A stretch of DNA of 64,000 nucleotides from an uncultured Spirochaetota bacterium (GTDB taxonomy: Bacteria; Spirochaetota; UBA4802; UBA5550), in the NCBI GenBank assembly GCA_963827275.1, contig CAWHAA010000004.1:192001-256000 (forward strand), written 5' to 3'. Made by a program: the position numbers and the translations under genes. Below, piece after piece: positions 60,046 through 64,000 of the stretch. Every line of letters starts with the position of its first letter. Position 1 is the stretch's first letter. The notes below the pieces were generated by a model. The model did no database searches. It saw only the letters and a list, made by a program, of their open reading frames with translations, and was not told where the DNA came from.

Positions 60046-61464
60046 CTATCTGGTCCCGCCTTTTTGCCTGTCGGCGCCCCTCGGCCCGCGGTCGATCCTG
60101 ACATCGCCGTTGCCTCGTTGTCCGCGGTCGATCTTGATGTCGTTGCCGCCTCTCTGGCCACGATCAATTTTTATGTCCTGACCGCTCCTCTGGCCGCGGT
60201 CGATCCTGACATCGCCGCCGCCTCTTTGTCCACGGTCGATCCTGATGTCGCTGCCGCCTCTCTGGCCGCGGTCGATCCTGACATCGCCGCCGCCTCGTTG
60301 CCCGCGGTCGATCTTGATGTCGCTGCCGCCTCTCTGGCCGCGATCAATTTTTATGTCCTGGCCGCCCTTCTGGCCGCGGTCGGTCTTGCTGTCAGTACCG
60401 CCTCGTTGTCCGCGGTCACCCCTGAAATGTTTATCATCCGGGGGGTTGGGGCCGCCCTTGTATTCACGGTCGCTCCGGTAATCTATGACGCCCTTGCGGC
60501 GGTTGCCGCCCCTGCTGTCCCGGTCGATTGTACCATGCTTGCCGTCATTGCCCGCGCGGTAGCCCGCGTCATCCCCACGGGCATGTTTTCCCGTGTATTT
60601 TGTGCGGTTTACATCCTGCCGGCCCTGGCGGTAGCGGTCGGGGTTGCCCTTCCAGCGCTCGTGCATCGCGACCATGTGCGGCCTGTGTATGATCCGCTCC
60701 TGTATTGCGTGCCGGCGGTATTTGTATATCTCGCCGAGGTGCCCGGTGTGCCGCTCAAACAGCGGGCGGTTGCCGTACGCGATCTTCACGATTGCCGGGT
60801 GGCGGTGTATCCATGCGTGGTGCCGGTAGTAGCGGTCGTACACGTCAGGGTAGCGGACGAAGAACACGTAGTTCCTGTATATCTCGCGGGCGATGTACGG
60901 GTGCCCGATAAACCAGTCGTCGTGGTAGTATATCTCCATGGTCAGCCGGGGATACCTGACCAGGAACGGCCGGTTGAGCACGATGACATACGCAATCTTC
61001 GGGAACCGGTACCAGAACCCGTAATTGAGGTAGATGCGCGCCGCGAAGCGCGGGTGCGCATCAATCCAGACGAAATCGGAGCAGATGGACCAGATGACCG
61101 ACGGGTGCGCTTCGAGCCATTCGAGCTCCTTGATGCGCTCGGCGTACTTTTCCGGATTCTCCTTTATGTCTTCGACAAGGGCCCTGTCTTCCCGGGAGAG
61201 TTCGGGCTTTTCCGCGTCCTCGCTGCCCTGTGTATCGGCTGAATCGTCGATCTGCTGGATGTCGTCCAGCATCTCGTCAATCTGCTCGTCGGTGTAATTC
61301 TCCGGCATCTTCTCCGGAATGTTGACAAGCATTTCGTTAACATTGACGCTTTCATCGGCATAAGAGGCCCCTGAAGAGAGAAGGCCGCCTGGGATGAAGA
61401 TGAGCGCGGCCAGTGCCAGCGCCAGGCGCAGCCTCATTGAATAGAGCAATTTCCCCTGTGTCAT
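60046..61464 (-). CDS. Secreted protein with acidic N-terminus, 17-aa aromatic repeats and 12-aa DRGQRGG repeats
   Basis: GGAG RBS at ATG 61464; signal peptide ending SYA; repeats visible in translation. Confidence 0.78.
   Translation of the reverse strand: MTQGKLLYSMRLRLALALAALIFIPGGLLSSGASYADESVNVNEMLVNIPEKMPENYTDEQIDEMLDDIQQIDDSADTQGSEDAEKPELSREDRALVEDIKENPEKYAERIKELEWLEAHPSVIWSICSDFVWIDAHPRFAARIYLNYGFWYRFPKIAYVIVLNRPFLVRYPRLTMEIYYHDDWFIGHPYIAREIYRNYVFFVRYPDVYDRYYRHHAWIHRHPAIVKIAYGNRPLFERHTGHLGEIYKYRRHAIQERIIHRPHMVAMHERWKGNPDRYRQGRQDVNRTKYTGKHARGDDAGYRAGNDGKHGTIDRDSRGGNRRKGVIDYRSDREYKGGPNPPDDKHFRGDRGQRGGTDSKTDRGQKGGQDIKIDRGQRGGSDIKIDRGQRGGGDVRIDRGQRGGSDIRIDRGQRGGGDVRIDRGQRSGQDIKIDRGQRGGNDIKIDRGQRGNGDVRIDRGPRGADRQKGGTR
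60070..60417 (-). repeat. 36-bp tandem repeat, 10 units (DRGQRGGxD[I/V][K/R]I)
   Basis: DRG recurs every 12 aa ten times; 60121-60180 nearly identical to 60301-60360. Confidence 0.9.
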
Positions 61465-61794
61465 CGTTTTCTCCATGTATAAAATTTGTCCCACGTATTC
61501 AATCCGTAACAGCATATTATCATGATTTCTTCAAAACAGCTATTAGACCTGCGGGATTTATTAAAAGTTCCAAATAAATCATTATTTTTTATTCTCCCCG
61601 TGACGCCGCGGGTGTCAGGAATGACCTGTCCGCAGGCCCCACGGCCCACTGCGGGGAGCGGTAAAAAAATTGATGCCCCATGGTCTCCGGGTCATTCGGT
61701 GATGGGTAAAGTTATTATTTGACAAAAAAAAGTATAGCCGTATGAATGAAATGGAAGGATGCCTGTTTAAACTAGGGCCAGGAGAGCTGCCGGC

Positions 61795-63051
61795 ATGAAT
61801 GACACGACCATCAATAACGCGCATCGGGCGGAACCGAAACAGAAACTCGACAGGAACGTGCTCCTCACCGGGCTCACGTCATTTTTCACTGACATCTCCA
61901 CCGAGATGATATACCCGCTCCTCCAGGCCTTCATCGCGATGATCATGACCGCCCAGAAGGCGCTCCTGGGCCCGGTGCTCGGCATCATCGAGGGGATAGC
62001 GGAATCGACCGCGAGCATATTAAAGGTGTTCGCCGGGTACTACTCCGACCGCATCGAAAGGCGCAAGGCCCCGGCGATTGCCGGGTATGCCCTGTCGGCC
62101 GTGTCTAAAGCGCTCCTGTTTGCCGCATCCGCCGGATGGGCGTTCGTGCTCCTCTCGCGGTTTTTCGACCGGGTGGGCAAGGGTATACGGACCGCGCCGC
62201 GCGACGCCCTGATATCGGAATCCACGCCGAAGGAGATGCAGGGCCGGGCCTTCGGGTTCCAGCGGGGGATGGACTTTGCCGGCGCTTTCCTCGGCGCGGT
62301 CATCTGCTACTTCATCGTGTCGGCCTACCTTGACCCGGCGACAAAGACCCTGCGGGACCTGGACGCGTTTTATCTCCTCTTCCTGATCTCGCTCGTCCCG
62401 GCGTTCATCGGAGTAGTGTTCCTGTTCTTCATCAAAGAGAAAAAGAGCGCGGCGCCGAACGGCAATGCGAAGCCGAAGCCAAACCTTGACATACGGAAGT
62501 ATGACGGGAACCTCCGCATCTTCTTCCTGGCGCAGCTCCTGTTCACCCTGGGAAATTCCTCCAATCAGTTCCTGCTCCTCAGGAGCATGGACCTGGGCTA
62601 CCTCCTCTCCTCGGTGATACTCATGTACATCCTGTTCAATCTGGCCACGACCCTGCTCTCCCCGCTGTTCGGGTCGCTGTCCGACAGGATCGGGCGGAAG
62701 CGGCTCCTCATGACGGGCTATCTCCTCTATGCCGCGGTATATATCGCCTTCGGGTTCATCCCGCCGTCGGCCGGCTGGCTCCTCTGGGTCTTCTGGCCGC
62801 TCTACGGGATCTATTACGCCATGACGGAGGGCGTGGAAAAGGCCTTCGTCGCCGACCTGGCGCCGGCGGAATCGAAGGCAACGGCCCTCGGCTTTTACCA
62901 CACCATCATCGGCATCGGGCTGCTCCCCGCGAGCGTCATCGCCGGTTTCCTCTTCTCGGCGCAGCCGGGGCTTCCCTTTGTCTTTGGTGGCGGTATGGCG
63001 GTCCTGACCGTGCTGGTGCTCGGGTTCGGCGTGAAGGAGAAAAAAGCGTGA
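61795..63051 (+). CDS. MFS transporter
   Basis: SFFTDISTEM, GYYSDR..RRK, DRVGKGIRTAPRDALI, GSLSDRIGRK; about 12 TM. Confidence 0.92.
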   Translation: MNDTTINNAHRAEPKQKLDRNVLLTGLTSFFTDISTEMIYPLLQAFIAMIMTAQKALLGPVLGIIEGIAESTASILKVFAGYYSDRIERRKAPAIAGYALSAVSKALLFAASAGWAFVLLSRFFDRVGKGIRTAPRDALISESTPKEMQGRAFGFQRGMDFAGAFLGAVICYFIVSAYLDPATKTLRDLDAFYLLFLISLVPAFIGVVFLFFIKEKKSAAPNGNAKPKPNLDIRKYDGNLRIFFLAQLLFTLGNSSNQFLLLRSMDLGYLLSSVILMYILFNLATTLLSPLFGSLSDRIGRKRLLMTGYLLYAAVYIAFGFIPPSAGWLLWVFWPLYGIYYAMTEGVEKAFVADLAPAESKATALGFYHTIIGIGLLPASVIAGFLFSAQPGLPFVFGGGMAVLTVLVLGFGVKEKKA

Positions 63052-63193
63052 TGGATTATAAAAAATGACCTGTTGTACCGGGAAAATCAGGCTCTGAGCC
63101 GCCGTGAAAAATATTTTCATCAACAAAAGTGCGGTCCCTGCCGATAGTGAACAATGGGGGCACCCCCGCACATTCAATAACCCGGTAAACAAA

Positions 63194-64000
63194 ATGAAAA
63201 AAACATGCCTTGCTGCCATTCTGCTCATTTTCGCGGGAGGGGCAGCGCACGCCGCCGTGCTGTCATGGGACATACTGAAAAATGACCGTCTGGAAATTAC
63301 GCGCACCGCCACGGTGAAATTTCTGGTCAACGACCGCCTCAACAAGGTGTACCAGGAGAGGAACATCATCGACCTCACCTGCCACGAGCGGAGGGACGCG
63401 TCGAGCGGGGTGAAGGGGCGGTTTTCATTGTACGCGCGCGCCGCGGTGAATGAGGTGTTCCAGCTGCGGGAGCAGTATCCATCGGAGTTCGAGATCGACC
63501 GGCGGGGGCGCTTCACCGTGCCGAAAAAATACTTCATGCCTAATGTGCGGAACCTCCCGACGTTTCCCGAAAAAGAGGCGGGCAAGGGGGATTCATGGTC
63601 CGCGCCGGCGGACCTCATACTCGATGCGTTTTCCATACCTTTCAAGCTGACCTTCCCCGTCGAGTACCGGGTGGAGGAGCTCAGGCGAACGGACGGCGCC
63701 GAGACGGCGGTGATCAGCTACCGTTTCAACATCGACTATGATCTCTCCGGCGGCAACTACCCGGCTGATTTCCCGGTGAAGATACTCGGCAAGGATGAAG
63801 GCACCATCGACTGGGATATCGCCAACAACAGGCCGATACGCATGAAGGAGAAATACCGGATTATCTTCTTTTTCCCCTCGGGCAAGAAGAAGCCCGCCGC
63901 CAATGAGTTCCAGATGATCATTGACACGGTGATGAAGACCTACCGGCCGGTTACGAAGGAAGAGAAGGAGAAGGCGAGGGTTGAGCTGAAGAAGGAGGTG
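63194..64000 (+). CDS. Secreted protein, probably spirochaetal Tpn50/OmpA-family (truncated by window end)
   Basis: Absent from the ORF track; open from ATG 63194 (MKKTCLAAILLIFAGGAAHA) to the end; YFMPNVRNLPTFP...GDSW resembles the Tpn50 N-terminal region; an OmpA domain would lie beyond the window. Confidence 0.65.
   Translation, partial: MKKTCLAAILLIFAGGAAHAAVLSWDILKNDRLEITRTATVKFLVNDRLNKVYQERNIIDLTCHERRDASSGVKGRFSLYARAAVNEVFQLREQYPSEFEIDRRGRFTVPKKYFMPNVRNLPTFPEKEAGKGDSWSAPADLILDAFSIPFKLTFPVEYRVEELRRTDGAETAVISYRFNIDYDLSGGNYPADFPVKILGKDEGTIDWDIANNRPIRMKEKYRIIFFFPSGKKKPAANEFQMIIDTVMKTYRPVTKEEKEKARVELKKEV

Noticed and set aside
60070..60417. 36-bp periodic repeat as a possible CRISPR array
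   Set aside because: Units are contiguous with no unique spacers, in frame within a CDS, and no cas genes are present
59965..61242. 425-aa plus-strand ORF with AAVDPDIAAASL repeats
   Set aside because: Antisense shadow of the minus-strand repeat gene, which has an RBS, a signal peptide and protein-level periodicity
62020..63645. 541-aa minus-strand ORF and similar long antisense ORFs across the window
   Set aside because: They overlap well-supported genes on the opposite strand, as expected in high-GC DNA

Overview
A GC-rich bacterial chromosomal segment, most likely from a Leptospirae-like spirochaete. The evidence is a periplasmic-type FlaB, 7TM-DISM sensors, SpoIIE phosphatases, SCKK-type lipoproteins and a Tpn50-like protein; this assignment is inferred from protein features only. 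From left to right the window holds: an M23 peptidase; a frameshifted acetate/acyl-CoA ligase; a poly-gamma-glutamate operon (pgsB-pgsC-pgsW); a sensor phosphatase; an E/R/K-rich repeat lipoprotein; lhgO and galE. Next is a ~19 kb divergent glycosylation locus: a complete CDP-tyvelose pathway ending in a GT2-GtrA fusion, facing a GDP-heptose pathway with a GT2, a GtrA and two GT-C-like membrane proteins. It is followed by flaB with a CsrA-type leader hairpin, then DUF1846, Crp-like and HD-GYP genes. A NifA-like sigma54 activator precedes a twin palindromic enhancer, a -24/-12 promoter and amtB-glnK-porin. The rest comprises an NCS2 permease, an MCP, a liv-type ABC cluster with paaK (livK2 and livM frameshifted, probably assembly errors), a DAGK-like kinase, a B12 radical SAM protein, a secreted double-repeat protein, an MFS transporter and a truncated Tpn50-like gene. 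The strongest candidate for a new system is the two-donor, lipid-carrier (Gtr-type) tyvelose/heptose glycosylation locus. No rRNA, tRNA, CRISPR array or transposase was seen. All family calls are by motif recognition; no database searches were run.
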